In this document: positions 1 through 13,932 of the stretch, piece by piece | How positions within the stretch are numbered: position 1 is the first letter of the stretch | How the letters are laid out: the number at the start of each line of letters is the position of its first letter | Origin: Heptranchias perlo | Lineage: Eukaryota | Assembly: GCF_035084215.1 (NCBI RefSeq) | Contig: NC_090343.1 | Coordinates: forward strand, 25,048,001-25,112,000 | Direction: 5' to 3' | Length of the DNA stretch: 64,000 nucleotides | The notes under the pieces: generated by a model | The model's database searches: none | What the model was told of the DNA's origin: nothing | What the model saw: only the letters and a program-made list of their open reading frames with translations | Made by a program: the position numbers and the translations under genes

Positions 1-199
1 TTGGCCACTTGTAATCTCACATCTATGGTTTTCAAAACAAACCTTCAAACAAAAAAAACCTGTTCATTTATATCACATTTAAGAGTTATTATAGCCCTGG
101 AAAATTATAATTTATTTATTGAGTTAATACTTGACCTAGAATCACCAAATGATGACATAATGGCATTTTGTAAATGTTAATGCTGATTATTTTTGTCAG

Positions 200-343
200 G
201 CAACTCCAAGGAAAAAACCTTTCTTCGCTGACACAGGCAACACTGTCCAATCTTAAAACAATTTTGCTGACTGACAAAAATGGAACAAAGAACACCTGGA
301 AGAAAGAAGGGTTATTTAACTTCTGTTATGATGCTATGTTCAG
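200..343 (+). CDS. ptgis: Prostacyclin synthase (CYP8A1), internal exon (equivalent to human exon 4)
   Basis: Acceptor ttttgtcag (AG 198-199), donor gtagta at 344; 144 bp. Reads xQLQGKNLSSLTQATLSNLKTILLTDKNGTKNTWKKEGLFNFCYDAMF(R) and joins the next exon in frame to give FRAGYLTLFG. Not in the ORF track in this frame. Confidence 0.9.
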
Positions 344-1007
344 GTAGTATTTTAATGAGGTTTCTGCACTTATGTGGATTTTACTCTGAAGATCAGAGTA
401 TGAGCTTGCTATGTATGCCATTTTTCAATGTCAAATTCATTTCTAACAGAGAGATAGAAGTAGATGCATGTACAAGTTAGACTAGTCTTTTTTAAAAAGT
501 TTTTTGATCTGAGATAAGTATTTTGTAGGACACTTTATATTGTTTAGTGTGTGATAATGCTAGTGAAATGCACCAGTTGATGTGGTATTGAGCCTTATAG
601 ATCTCCAGGGACCTCCGGTCAGAATCCTATCAATGCTGAATCAGTAGAACTATTCAAACTTCAATTTAATTAATTATGACAGGCACCCTGAAGAGTTACT
701 GGTTCAAAACAATGAGTGGTTGAGTCATACATACCAGGTTAGGACCCAAATTCGAAGTACATCTATGCTGAAAAAGAAAAAAGAAAGAACTTGTATTTAT
801 ATATCACCTTTCATGACCTTTGGACGTCACAAAGCCCTTTACAGCCAATTAAATACTGCAAAGTTCCCTGACCCAGCAATGCGGTGCCAGCATCAAAATA
901 AGGCATTGCACTCCTGCTGTTATAGAAAAGCATATCATTCAATTTAATATGAGCAACATCATGGGTGATCCATATGTATAAAATATTAAAAATGATACGT
1001 CAGCACG

Positions 1008-1098
1008 TGGAGATATCACATTCCAGATACCATACTTACTCGAGATGTCACACCCCGGGTGTCACGTTTCAGATGTCACACTTAAGATGTCACACTTT
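1008..1098. repeat. Short degenerate minisatellite (~14-bp unit, agatgtcacac-like)
   Basis: gatatcaca, gagatgtcacacc, gggtgtcacgttt, agatgtcacactt and agatgtcacacttt occur in tandem. Confidence 0.6.
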
Positions 1099-1580
1099 GC
1101 TGCAGTTCTGACAAAACAAAACAAAAGAAATGAGATGGTTATTTAATGCTGGCTGCTTCTGACATACACCTGAAACTAATAGACATTTCCTAATTTGCAA
1201 AATCTTCGGACTAAAAAACAATTTGGCTCTTATTTTCCACAGCCTTTACTTAAAAATTAGAAGTTGTGATGTTAAATACTTTTTTTAAAAAAGCTAGTCT
1301 GACCTGTAACTGTCTAGAACAGGAAAATCAAGCTAACAATTACAATGTCGCATTAAGGGACACAGGCCTGCACTTCAACAATAGAATAATATATTATATG
1401 CTACATGGTGTTAGCTTCTGGCTGCAAGTAGTTGTCTTCCTTCTCCATGGTTGTGCTTCATTGGATAACTAAATTTTGCAGCATGTAGCAGAGAACAATA
1501 AACTTGGAGCTATATTACGCATCTGAAAAGCTTCTTCAAGAGGCATGTCACGTGTTCAGTGATGATCTTGGTAGCTATAT

Positions 1581-1900
1581 GGGCCTTGATGTAATTGCTG
1601 TTCAGAGCTATAATGAGCCAGGGGTCAAAAAAATAATCTTGATCTTTTAAGAGCCACTCTTTTTATGGCTCAAGAAATCCTGGCACTGTGAGCTGCCTTA
1701 AAATGAAAAATGAAAGTTCAGGGCTGTGATGACCTTGACAGCCACTCGCAGTGCTGTCACCGTGGTGGAGATTGGCTGGAGGTCAGTTTCCAGGAGATCC
1801 CACTGCTGTCACTGCCACTCAAGTGAAGCGTAACCATGAAGGCAGCTTTCCTTAGACATACCAGAGTAGGTATGCCTCTGCCTGTAGATATGGATAACAG
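1581..1900 (-). mobile_element. Degenerate PIF/Harbinger relic with transposase N-terminal fragment
   Basis: Minus strand 1900-1710, with frameshifts, reads HIYRQRHTYSGMSKESCL/LRFT*VAVT/DLLETDLQPISTTVTALRVAVKVITALNF. A TIR-like end gggccttgat lies at 1581; the other end is not resolved. Confidence 0.7.
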
Positions 1901-2660
1901 TGGGAACAGACAGTCTATCTCACCTGTCTGACATCCCTCTTTTCCTCCTTTTCTTCCTCCAAATAATACAGAAAGTCGAGTTGCCATTGCAGGCCCATGT
2001 TGTAAATTATAGGTGATATAACTAAAAATATCTGGAAAAATAAACTGGTAGAATAATCGCAATGATAATCCTTGTCCTATAAATCTCCATTAAACTTACA
2101 GTTTCACATTACAGCACTCAGAAATCACAGGTCTCCTTTTAAATGCTGACTCCCTGTCGGTGTTGAATGACACTCCCCAAAAGGCCCGGTTTATATAAAT
2201 GAAATTAACACAGCACATTTACAGTGAAAATCATGGGAAATTGTGTGGGAGTTTATCTGCATATCATTACCAATGAGGTTAAGATTGTAATAAAGCTTCT
2301 GCTCCTTTTCAGCAAGAGCTTCATCTGCCCATTTACAACACCCCACCCCTCCTGAAGTCCAATCGTGGCTCATGGTAAATTGGGTTTTCTGCTCAATTTC
2401 AAACTGTCTATTCCAATAGTGGTGACTATCAGAAAATATAGCCTCCTATTGTAGGCTGTGAAGATGCACTTGGATTTATAAATAACAGGAAATGAATGAC
2501 CTTATGTATATTACATGTGAGCAATTGAAAATGAAATGTCAGTAAAGGATTCCAATGCAGATTTTAAATCATTTAGGAAAGATTGTTAATCTTCTTGTCG
2601 ACAATCAGCACCTGAAATTATGACCGACAGATGTATTGTTCTTTCTCCTTGTTTAATTAG

Positions 2661-2815
2661 GGCAGGATATCTTACGCTATTTGGAAATGAATCGGCACAA
2701 AATAATGCGCAAACATCACAAGTTAAAGATAGAATTCATTCAGCAGAGCTCTATAATGTATACAAGAGACTAGACCAGCTCTTGATGAAACTAGCCCGCT
2801 CAATGCTAACTGCTG
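2661..2815 (+). CDS. ptgis: Prostacyclin synthase, exon 5 equivalent
   Basis: Acceptor ttaattag, donor gtgagt; 155 bp. AGYLTLFGNESAQNNAQTSQVKDRIHSAELYNVYKRLDQLLMKLARSMLTA matches PTGIS AGYLTLYG...[24 protein letters not shown]. Confidence 0.95.
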
Positions 2816-3046
2816 GTGAGTCACCGTTAACAAATCATCTGTGTATTTTAACCAGACGTGTGATGATGCTGAAGGAAAAATAACTTGAAACAAATTATAT
2901 CAGAATTTAATTTAAAATGTTTGTGATCTAATAAACTGTCAGTTATAATTTTTGACCATCATAATATTTTCATACTTTGAAATCATTTTTAATTATTACA
3001 AATTGCAGCAGGTTAATAAACAAATTATTCATTTTGCTCTTGGCAG

Positions 3047-3228
3047 ATGAGAAGAAGGAGGCTGCCTTGGTGAAGGAACACCTATGGCGGTTGTTGTCTG
3101 TGGAGAATCTAAATACAAAAGTGAACAGAAGCAGCTGGCTTGAAGGCTACTGCAGCCACCTTCAGAAACTGGGCTTGCATAATGACATGCAGGCCCGAGC
3201 AATGGTACTACAGCTGTGGGCCACACAG
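3047..3228 (+). CDS. ptgis: Prostacyclin synthase, exon 6 equivalent
   Basis: Acceptor tggcag, donor gtaggg; 182 bp. Ends MQARAMVLQLWATQ, matching PTGIS MQARALVLQLWATQ. Confidence 0.96.
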
Positions 3229-5182
3229 GTAGGGAGTCCCTGTGACCTGTTGAAGGAAACTCCTTCCACTGCTGCAAACCTACAGTTAGATTTCAATAGT
3301 ATGCTATCTACCCTGAATATCTCTATCTTATCTATATGCAGTAATAGCATTTTACAATCTTTACATTAATGTATATGTAAGATATCCAAGTCACTTAATA
3401 TTTCAACAGATGAATTTATTGATAAACCATTACTTCTGGTATCCATGTGACAGCTATATCCAACACAGTATACTGTTTTCCCCACATTCTGTTCAGTGTA
3501 CTTTGTCCCCTAAATGCACATAGATTGAAACTTTCACATAACAGTGTGTGTAAGGCTATTTAATAAGGGCATGCCTTTTTAATAGATTATTAATGGATGA
3601 TCATCTAAATTTAATAAAGCACTATTTAAGCAGTTTAACCTTTTTACGTGTTCCACAAATGCAATTTTAAGACTTTTAGTGGTATATTTTTCGATTAGCA
3701 AAGTTCATGTATGAATGCTTAATTAATTTAGACTATATTCTGCGATAAGTCATTTTAGGCCGGCGGTAACCCTTTATTTTAAATGGGTTAACACTTGCCT
3801 GAAAATAGTGAAGAGAGGAATGTTGTAGGAGTGCATTTAGCCATTTCTGCTGATCAGAAAATATATCCCTTAGAGTTTTAAAAGACTGAAACAAATCACA
3901 TCTTGGAAAATAGAAATCAGCCATTTTGTTTATAACAGGGCTATGTTCTCCCAAAATCCAGACAACATGTGAATGAACTGAATACCAAAATATGGCAGAT
4001 AAGGTTGGTTCAATTCAGGCTGTTTCCAACAGTGCACCCCCTTGATTATACTGGGATGGGGAGGGGGAAAGGAACATTAGTATATGATAGCTGGAAAGGA
4101 GTGACTGTCAAAAAAAAACTGGTTTGGTCTCTCTGATCTCTTCAATCTAATTTTTAAGAGGATCCAGTGACTGTATTTGAAGCATGTCTTCTATGGGAGC
4201 CTCGTGAGGCTGCTTGCTTGCATTTCTCTGGAGTTATGCTCTGGAGGTATATGAGGTATAGATGCAGTTTCTGGATGATCTATCCCAGCTCAGTAGTCCA
4301 ATGTGTTACTAATCCAGGCAATACAGAAACCCTGCACATTGTATCTATTATGGGCTTTATGTTCAGACTAAAATAGTCCAATATGATGGGGTTAGGGGAG
4401 ACCGGGAAAGCTGAAATGAAATCACACTCTCTGATCTGATCTTCATGCTCATTCCTGAACACCGCTTTCTAATATTCAACTGCGTTGGAAATGATGCAGT
4501 GTTACAGGATGGTGGAGTATCCTACAGGTTCTGTTTCCTGGCACACTAAAAAGACCTTGTGAGATATTGTGAGTAGTTCCTTGGCATCATGTACTGCTTA
4601 GGAGAGCACAGATCAGACTGGAGCCAGTGCTATTTTAAACATGAATTGCATGATAATACTAGATCCTGTTACATTGTACTGCGCTGTTATCGCCTATATT
4701 GTAAAATGATCCCAAACCATTTTTATCTTTAAAGATTTCCCACCTATCATTCTATCATTTCATGGTTATTTCAGACACAAATATTAAGAGAGAATAGGAT
4801 ACCTCAGTCAAAGACATTGAGCTCATAGATGTGTTCATTAAAGAAATTTATTGGTGATAAGGTTCAATTCAACCCATAAATATTGTATAATATTTTATAT
4901 TTTAAAGTGATGTTGCATAAAATAATGTCATGTAGTGGGATTCTTGTCTTCTGCATTTTCATTATGCTTCTTGGAAGATTTTGCCTTTTGGCCTAAATTG
5001 AAAAGGCAATTATTTGAAACTTGGAACAGATGCACAGTGCAGTAAAACACTGTGCCAAAAAATAGAAGAACATAGCTATTTCCTTGTGATTCCCTGCACA
5101 GTGACAGCTCAGAGAGTAGTCTTAGATACAGAGAGCCAGCAGAATGTCTTCCTGGAAGGAGTGAGGAAAAATCAGAGGGCAA

Positions 5183-5832
5183 GTAATTAAAAAGGCTAAT
5201 AGAATGTTAGCTTTTATCTCAAGGCGGCTGGAATACAAAGGGGTGGAAGTTATACCACAGTTGTACAAAGCTCTGGTTAGACCACATCTGAAGCACTACA
5301 GGTCTGGGCACTGCACCTCACAAAGGATATATTGGCCTTGGAGAGGGTGCAGCGCAGAGTCACCAAAATGATTACAGGGTTAAAAGGATTAAATTATGAG
5401 GATAGGTTGCATAGACTAGGCTTATATTTTCTTGAGTATAGAAGATTAAGGGGTGATCTAATTGAGATGTTTAAGATGATTAAAGGATTTGATAGGGTAG
5501 ATAGAGAGAAATTATTTCCTCTGGTGGTATAACCTTACACAAGGGGGTATAACCTTAAAATTAGAACTAGGCTGTTAAGGAGTGATGTCAGGAAGCATTT
5601 CTTCACACAAAGGGTAGTGGAGATCTGGAACTCTCTTCCCCAAAAAGCTGTTGAGGCTTTTGACTCAATTGAAAATTTCAAAACTGAGATTGATAGATTT
5701 TTGTTACGCAAGGGTATTAAAAGATATGGAACCAAGGCAGGTAAATAGATAAGATACAGATCAGCCATGATCTAATTGAATGGCTTGAGGAGTGGAATGG
5801 TCTACTCTTGTTCCTCTGTTGCTATGTTCCTA
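5183..5832 (+). mobile_element. CR1 LINE 3' fragment
   Basis: ORF2 C-terminus LERVQRRVTKMITGLKGLNYEDRL...RRLRGDLIE, then a CR1 3' UTR and tail. Confidence 0.9.
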
Positions 5833-5917
5833 AATCAAATCATACTGCTATGTAACCCTCCTAGCAAATGACATAAACGCTACATAGAAACAGCTATATA
5901 GGAGAAGTGGAATCCTC

Positions 5918-6352
5918 AAGAAAGAACTTGCATTTATATAGTGCCTTTCACAACCCCTGGACATCCCAAAGAAGTGCTTTTGAAGTGTTGTTATTGTTGT
6001 AATGTAGGGAAACAATTTGTACACAAGGTCCCACAAACAGAAATGAGATAGATAACCAGATAATCTGTTTTGGTGGTGCTGGTTGAAGGGTAATGTTGGC
6101 TAAGACACCAGGAGAACTCCCGTGTTCTTATTCAAATAGTGCCATAGGATCTTTTATGTCTATCTCACTGGGCAGATGGGGTCTCGGTTTAACATCTCAT
6201 CTGAGAGAGAACACCTCTAATAGTGCAGCAATCCATCAATACCACACTGAAGTGTCGGCCTAGATTATATACTGAAGTTCCTGGAGTGCAGCTTGAACCC
6301 ACAACCCTCTGACTCAGAGGTGAGAGTACTACCACTGAGCCAAGGTTAACAC
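5918..6352 (-). mobile_element. tRNA-derived SINE, DeuSINE/SacSINE-like
   Basis: The reverse complement has a tRNA-like head (ggctcagtggtag...gggttcaag) and the L2-type tail ctatataaatgcaagttctttctt. Same family as 8236-8695. Confidence 0.8.
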
Positions 6353-8235
6353 TTGAAAGCTTAGCCCCTCTTGCCATTATTGGAAAATCCAAAAAGCCTA
6401 TATTTCCCTGCAATGGAGCATTATCCTTTTTGGGAGCCTTTATAAAAAAAAATCCATCTCTTGCTGCTGGTAATTATATCTTATTCACATTGATATGCAC
6501 AATCTCTAAACTACCAATGAGTACTTAGTAATAAGCTTTAAACAACAAGGTAAATTTTGTAAGGTAAGGCTACCAGTGTGGCGCATCACTCACCGGGAGC
6601 ACAGACTAATGCAGAGGTTAGCAATGCCCAACTCACAGCAATCAGACATGCTGATCGCCCACCCAATCTTCTGATCCTTTGTTCTGGTAAGTGAGGATCT
6701 GCACTGAGAGCCTCACTTATTAACTCTGTCTTAACATATTTATTATATTGGGATATAAAATATTCACTCCCCTATCTCTCTAACATTTAGCAGCAGTTAG
6801 AACCTGATTTTTGGAATTCAAATTAGCAACATCAGTAAAGTAATTAATCGTTTAACAGAAACGGCTGCATGAAAAGTTATGTGGAAGAGCAGTACAAAAA
6901 TAACAATAGTTCTTAATAACCAGGGACCAGATGGGTGCAAAATAAAAGGTGAGGTGTTAAAGCCGAAGTAAACACCTAACCTTTTCAGTTTGTTATTCCA
7001 AGCAAGTTACAAGTACAGGAAATGATCTTGTTTCATTGAGTTCCCAGCAGCAGCTGGGTTTTCTAATTAATTTCAACAATCACAACCATCTTTTTTGCCG
7101 TGAAGAGCGGGGAGTTCTATTTTGGTATCCTGGCCAACATTTCTCCTCCAATCAATAGCACCAAATAAAAACAGATTAACTGGTCATTCATCTCACTGCA
7201 GTTTGTGGGATCTTGTTGTTTGTAAAAGGACTAGCATGTTGGCTTCTATAACAAGAGTCATTGCACTTCAAAGTAATTCATTTTTGAGAGTTGCAATAAG
7301 TGGTTATCTTAATGCAAGTCATTCTTGGCTCTTCACTCATGCTGTGAAAAGTGCTATTATTCTCCCTTGAGTGGTATCTTATTAAAAAGTTATTTTTGTC
7401 ATGATCTGATCACTTGGGAGAAAAAAATTAGCATTCTCTGATTCATCCTCTGCCTAGTTCAATGTAAGAAAAATGATAGGCTTGCTTCTATGTTGGCAGT
7501 ACTGTCTCATAACCACTAGGTGAAGCTTTAAAGTCTTGGAATAGATATGTGTGTCCTTGACCAAGGTGCTGCATTTTCAGAAGATAAAACACTCAGTTGC
7601 TATCATGTATTGTACATGACAGTTTGTCTGTTGTTATTTGCATTATGTATTCACATTTCCTCTGGGTTTTTTTTAGAGATTTGAATTGTCGTTTCTATTC
7701 TAACACACAAAGGATAAAAATACAATAGCCAAGGACACAATTCATTGATTTTTTTTAATGTTAGAAACCATATACATTTTCTAAGAATCTGCAGAAAACA
7801 TATCCCTTTAAGGATTGTAAGTACTCAGTTTTAGTAAAAAATGAAAACCTGCCAAGTTAAAAATGGAATTTCACCTTTACTTTCTGGCTATGTGTGCACA
7901 CTTACATCTCTGACAATAAACTATAGAATCCTCCACAGATTGTATTCCTCTGTATTGTTGCAGGTGGGCAGGGAATGTTTGATGGAGTGATAGTTTTTTT
8001 ATTTGTGTCACTGGGAAATTCTGGATTCAGTGGTAAACTGAGGACATACATTGCTCCTGCTGATTCTAGCGAGCAGCTGTAATTGTTATCATTAAAGCTA
8101 CAGCTTATGACTGTGCATGTACAGCAGCTTCAATGTATTTTCACCCATTGATGCCCATTCTGTTAATAACTGCTTTTATTCCGTAGTGCCCCATACCCTT
8201 CTGATGCAATTTCATTCGCTTCTAACACCTATTGG

Positions 8236-8695
8236 GTGTCAGCCTTGACTCAGTGGTAGCTGTCTCACCTCTGAGTTAGGAGGTAGTGGGTTCAAGCCCT
8301 ACTCCAGAGACTTGAACACATAATCTAAGCTGACACTTCATTGCAGTGCTGAGTGCTGTACTGTTGAAGGTTCTGTCTTTCAGATGAAGCATTAAACGGA
8401 GGCCCTGCCTTCCTTCTCAAGTGAATGTAAAATATCCCAATGCATGATTTGAAGCAAGAGTAGGAGAGTTGTCCTGGCTAAAATTTATTCATCAACTAAC
8501 ATCACTAAAAATAGATTGGCTGATCATTTGTCTCATTGCTGTTTGTCAGACCTTGCTGTGTGCGAATTGGCTGCTGTCTTTCCCTACATTACAACAGTAA
8601 CTACATTCACTTCAAAAGTACTTAATTGGCTGTGAAGTGCTTTAGGACATCCTGAGGTTGTGAAATGCGCTATATAAATGGAAATTCTTTCTTTC
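8236..8695 (+). mobile_element. tRNA-derived SINE, DeuSINE/SacSINE-like, near full length
   Basis: A-box/B-box-like head (gactcagtggtag...gggttcaagcc), core ttgctgtgtgcgaattggctgc, tail gcgctatataaatg...ttctttc. Fragments also occur at ~7100-7325, 15657-15815, 25170-25310 and 32560-32715. Confidence 0.82.
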
Positions 8696-8701
8696 TATAT
8701 A

Positions 8702-9216
8702 TGGCTAGAATTTCCACAGGCGATCTCCCAATCTACCATCATTAATTTCGGCAGAAGATCAGCAGAGCTCTTGTAAATGGCTAAAAGCTTGTTTCTCCAG
8801 GATTTCCACTGATCTTCTACTGAAGTCGCAATGGGAGATTGGGAGAACCCCATGGCATTGCTCCCCATATTGATTAACTGGAACATGCACTTTTTCCCGA
8901 ACTTCTTAGGAGCATTTTGTTGTTTAAACAGTGAGCATGTTGACATTGATGGAGGACTGTATTGACTCCGTATTGAGTTATTACACAAGGGGTGGGGGAA
9001 GGGAGGGAAGAGTTCCTCTGTTTTCTATTTGTAACAAAATGTACACATGTACCTGGAATTGATGGGATCCTCCGCACCCCCCCCCCCTCCACCGCACCCC
9101 GTAAAAGTGGCATAAATGACTAAAAGAAGCCATTTACTTGGATTCTCCAGGGTTTTCACAATTTTCCACCAAAGTTACGGTGGGAGATTGGGAAAACCCT
9201 GTGAAAATTTCCGCCA
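8702..9216. mobile_element. MITE with long imperfect TIRs (Harbinger-like)
   Basis: Left end tggctagaatttccacaggcgatctcccaatc versus reverse complement of the right end tggcggaaattttcacagggttttcccaatc. TA-rich flanks; exact TSD ambiguous. Confidence 0.7.
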
Positions 9217-10329
9217 TATTCTTTACACACAGAAGTTTTCCGCCATGGTTGGAATAACAGAAAGATCCCAAGTCAATGATAATAATTCAGCTCTTAGGCT
9301 CAATATCTCCTATACACCAATCCCCAGTAAAGTCAGTAATATGGGACAGGAAGGAAAATATGAAAGGATACTACATTTAATGATAATTCTTTGAAAAATG
9401 TTTAATTATTGAATGGGATCCTGATAGTGGGAATCCCCTTTAATGATTCCCAGACTGAAGTGTAGCCTGTTATTGCCACTGGCAAACTGTAAGTGAGAAT
9501 AACTTGAGTGCACTTTATTAAGTAAGTTTTGATATCTAGCAGTTTCAGATAAATTTGATTAAATTGTGTATTTCTAGTCTCTGGGAGAGATAATTGCTAC
9601 AAAATATATTTAATATTTTAATGAAACTTTCCATTTATAGCCATTTCAGTTAAAACTGTAAAGACCAAATAACTGCATGTTCAGAAAGAGGAGTATACTG
9701 GTTTCCTGCTTAGCGTGGTGACAAAGTGGAAAACAAGGATTAATTACAGGGTTGTCATTTTGAGTGATCTGATTGATTAGATTTGGTGCATCACCAGTGG
9801 TGTAACTGGAAACCAGCTTACCTATTATTTCCATGACAATGCTTGCAATTCAAGGTCACCAGTTTCCCAAGATATTACTTAATCAAAATGGCTGATCAAC
9901 TTAGAAAGAATTACAGTGTGAAAGCTTTTTTATCTTTAAAACTAGCTTCTTTATTACAAATTAAAAGATAATCTTCAAATTTTATTAATAAAGATGTGCA
10001 TTGTTTCAGAATTTATAGAATATTGAAAAATATAATCTAAATGTTACAGTTTGCCTTGCCTTTAAGTCTAAATGTTGCTTTGTTGGGACAGAATAATGGT
10101 AATGATCACAGGCCAATCCTGAACAGGGAGCTGAAAGTATGAATCAAATTACAGTTCAGTTTCATCAGTGAACAATAAATCAGCTCTAAAATGACAAGTT
10201 AAACATTGTCAATCATGTTAGGCTATAATATATAGCTAGTTATAGACAGTGACTATCTTTGTAAAATGGTGAATATATGAAAGTCTCCATTCCTGTCAAC
10301 TGAATTTTTGGACATGAGACTTTTTTCAC

Positions 10330-10670
10330 CTCCAATTTCTCCCTGCCTTCTCTCCTAAGGTTGCTGGCCCTTGCTGGAATACTGTTTCACAAATGTAGAC
10401 ACATCTGTTGTATCATTCTTCATTTTGTGAGCTTACTATCAGCCCTGCAGTCATCACCGGTCCATTTCTCATCTGACAATCAAGTACATGCACTTTCCAG
10501 CAAGAGTCACTGGATAGTGATCAGACCAGGAACCCAGGCTGATTTTTCCCCTTCCTAGATGAGAGATACTGAGACCAATTGTAGAATTCTGGCTGAGATC
10601 AGTTAACTGAGCACAGTCCGGGAATCAAAACTAGGACCTTTTGTCCTGAATATCTTTATCCACTTGGCCA
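10330..10670 (-). mobile_element. Unnamed ancient SINE-like repeat
   Basis: Shares gcactttc(c)ag(c/t)aagagtcactggata...caattg...ctgag(a/t)tcag(t/c)taa with the copy split by the CR1 at 33860-34059 / 36409-36520. Confidence 0.55.
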
Positions 10671-11621
10671 CGGTGGGAGGGGGAGACGTTTTACTTTTTT
10701 TGCCACATGATGTCAAATTTCAAGGCAACACTCTTCAATAAAGAAAACAACAACAACTTGCATTTATAGCGTGCCTTTAACATAGAAAAAAATGTCCCAT
10801 GGTGCTTCACAGAGGCAAAAGGAAAAAAAAACGCAGAGCCAAAGGAAACATTAGGATCCGTGAGGTTGGGGGTCTAAATTTAATGTTGTTGCGTCCGTTT
10901 TATGGTCCTGTAATGGGCACAACAATAACCAATTTAGCAGTGCAAAGGCTCATGCCCAATCTGCATGGGAGTTCGGGCCACTGCTAAATTGGTAAGTGCG
11001 TTTATTTAGATGGCCTTAGCAGCTGCCTGAAATGGGCATAGCCCTCATTTCAATAATGAAATGAAGCTCCTACGCTCATTTCAGACCCCAGACTCCTACA
11101 TTTCTTTGCCCTAGATGGAGCTTGAGATGCATCGGCTGGCCTTTCTGAGGCTTGAGCGGCCTAAGCAGCGGTCCCTAAAGGAACTGCTGGAGGTGCACAA
11201 AACAGTGAGATAACAGAGCAGGGGCAGGAAGATAAACCAAAGCTGGAGATGCTCTGGTTAAAATTGGATACTTACGAGTGGAAGCATAAAAAAATAGCAA
11301 TCTAAATCACTGAGTGGCAGGAACAGAAGATATAAAACTAAATAAAAGTTGCCAGTGCTAATGGAAGATTGGCAGCCTCACTGCAAAGTGTATTAACAGT
11401 ATTGGAAGCTGCAAACTGACACAGTAACACAAAGCAAAAAATGAAAGACTTTATACATTGTAAAAAAAAAAGAAATCTAGCTCTTTTATTATGAATAGCT
11501 GTTTCATTCCCTACTTTTTTAGAAAACAGCCTTTATACCATATAAAAATCAAATTACCGGGATATAGAAAAGGCGATTATGCAGTCCATTAGATGCTGTT
11601 AAGGATTCTTATGCAGAGATC

Positions 11622-12868
11622 ATAAGAGCCATAAGAGTTAGGAGCAGGAGTAGGCCATTTGGCCCCTCAAGCCTGCTCTGCCATTTAATGAGATCATGGC
11701 TGATCTGATTTTTTACCTCAACTCCACTTTCCCGCCCTTTCCCCATATCCTTTGACTCCCTTGCTGATCAAAAATTTGTCTAACTCAGCCTTGAATGTAT
11801 TCAATGACTCAGCCTCCACAGCTTTTTGGGGTAAAGGATTTCAAAGATTCACGACCCTCTGGGAGAAAAAATTCCTCCTCATTTCCACCTTAAACGGGCG
11901 ACCCCTTATTCTGAGACTATGCCCCCTAGTTTTAGATTCTCCCATGAGGGGTAACATCCTCTCAGCATCTACTCTATTGAGTCCCCTCAGAATCTTGTAT
12001 GTTTCAATAAGATCTCCTCTCATTCTTCTAAACTCCAATGAGTATAGACCCAACCTGTTCAATCTTTCCTCATAAGACAGGCCTTCCATACCCGGAATCA
12101 ACCTAGTGAACCGCCTCCAATGCAAGTATGTCCTTCCTTAGATAAGGGCACCAGATCTGTAAGCAATACTCCAGGTGTGGTCTCACCAGCACCCTGTACA
12201 GTTGTAGCATGACTTCCCTGCTTTTATACTCCATCCCCCTAGAAATAAAGGCCAATATTCCGTTTGCCTTCCGGATTACCTGCTGCACCTGTCTGTTGAC
12301 TTTTTGTGTTTCATGTACGAGGACACCCAGATCCCTCTGTACCGCAGCACTTTGTAGTATTTCTCCATTCAAATAATATTTTGCTTTTTTATTTTTCCTC
12401 CCAAAGTGGATGACTTCACATTTTCCCACATTATATTCCATCTGCCAAATTTTTGCCCATTCGCTTAACCTGTCAGTATCCCTTTGCAGACACTGTGTCC
12501 TCATCGCAACTTGCTTTTCCACCTATCTTTGTATCATCAGCAAATTTGGCCACAAGACACTCTGTTCCTTCATCCAAGTCATTGATATATATTGTAAATA
12601 GTTGAGGCCCCAGCACTGATCCCTGTGGCACCCCACTAGTTACAGATTGCCGTTTTGAAAATGACCCTTTTATCCCAACTCTTTGCTTTCTGTTAGTTAG
12701 CCAATCCTCTATCCATGCCAGTATATCACCCCCAACACCATTAGCTCTTATCTTGTGCAGTAATCTTTTATGTGGCACCTTATCGAATGCCTTTTGGAAA
12801 TCCAAATATACTGCATCCATTGGTTCCCCTTTACCCACCCTGCATGTTACTTCCTCAAAGAACTCCAA
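11622..12868 (-). mobile_element. CR1 LINE 3' fragment (RT domain to 3' end)
   Basis: YLDFQKAFDKVPH...GVPQGSVLGPQLFTIYINDL...KFADD, frameshifted across three ORFs. Confidence 0.95.
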
Positions 12869-13081
12869 TACAGAGAATAAATAAATGCACCGTCATCTTC
12901 TGCTTTGAATCTCTAAAAGTTCTGCCAGAGGCTTTGTCAATAAAGACTTCTACAAACTGTCCTACATGTCTGTTTATAGCCATTGGCACTTGACATTGAC
13001 ACATGTACTGAATAGCTTGATAAATAAAACCTTTCTTGTCAAAAGATGTAACAACATTGACTGCTTTTGATTTTTTTTTAG

Positions 13082-13235
13082 GGTAATGTTGGGCCTGCAG
13101 CATTTTGGCTCCTATTGTTCTTGCTGAAACACCCAGAAGCAATGTCTGCAGTCCAGGAAGAAGTCAAGAAAATCTGCTTTAACCATGCAGTGTCTACCAT
13201 TAGTCAGGATGTTCTTGACAATACACCAATTTTCG
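13082..13235 (+). CDS. ptgis: Prostacyclin synthase, exon 7 equivalent (I-helix)
   Basis: Acceptor ttttttttag, donor gtacca; 154 bp. Reads GNVGPAAFWLLLFLLKHPEAMSAVQEEVKKICFNHAVSTISQDVLDNTPIF(D). Not in the ORF track. Confidence 0.95.
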
Positions 13236-13749
13236 GTACCATTTTCTTTACTTAAAATGTTACTTTGTTTATTTCATAATTACTATAAGTTAATAACCAA
13301 TTATCTTAATAGTTTTTGTAAAATAATGTGATTAGCCCCTACTCAAACTGCAGATCATCGACCCAACGCCTCTTCAATTTTCATATACTATCCTTAATCT
13401 CTGCTTTGGAACTTGTAGATTTTCTGTTGTAGTTTTATTTTCTGACCTAATGTATTTTCTCTTTTTAATAATGACTAATTTTTTAACATTAAATGCACTG
13501 ATATTTTCATATTTCCTTTCTTTGTAATGTCCTTATTGGAGTGTATGAAAAGATTCAACATTGTCACCTGGTATATATGCAGTGAATCCATTACGTTGGA
13601 GTTGCTGCTGGGTGCATGAGACTGATGCATCAGGAAGCATTGGTACAAACACCATACTAAGGCTAATGTAAAAGTGACTATTGTATAGATAGTGTTTGGT
13701 CAACTTTTAATCAACATATGAAGATTTCAATCTCTTTATCTAAATCCTT

Positions 13750-13900
13750 AAAACCTCCCTCTTTGACCAATCTTTTGGTCACCTGACCTAATATCTCCTT
13801 ATGTGGCTCAGTATCAAATTTTGTTTGATAACGCTCCTGTGAAGCACCTTGGGACGTTTTACTATGTTAAAGGCACTACATAAATGCAAGTTGTTGTTGT
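13750..13900 (+). mobile_element. L2 LINE extreme 3' fragment
   Basis: Matches the 3' end of the L2 at 60015-60803 (gtgaagcaccttgggacgtttt...taaatgcaagttgttgttg). Confidence 0.8.
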
Positions 13901-13932
13901 AAATTAAACATGGTTGAACTTTATTGTGACCA

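Noticed and set aside
1008-1098. CRISPR-like array
   Set aside because: Units are ~14 bp, degenerate and contiguous, with no spacers, in a vertebrate intron.
8236-8310. tRNA gene
   Set aside because: The tRNA-like sequence is the head of a SINE and continues into the SINE body and tail; the same holds for the other copies.
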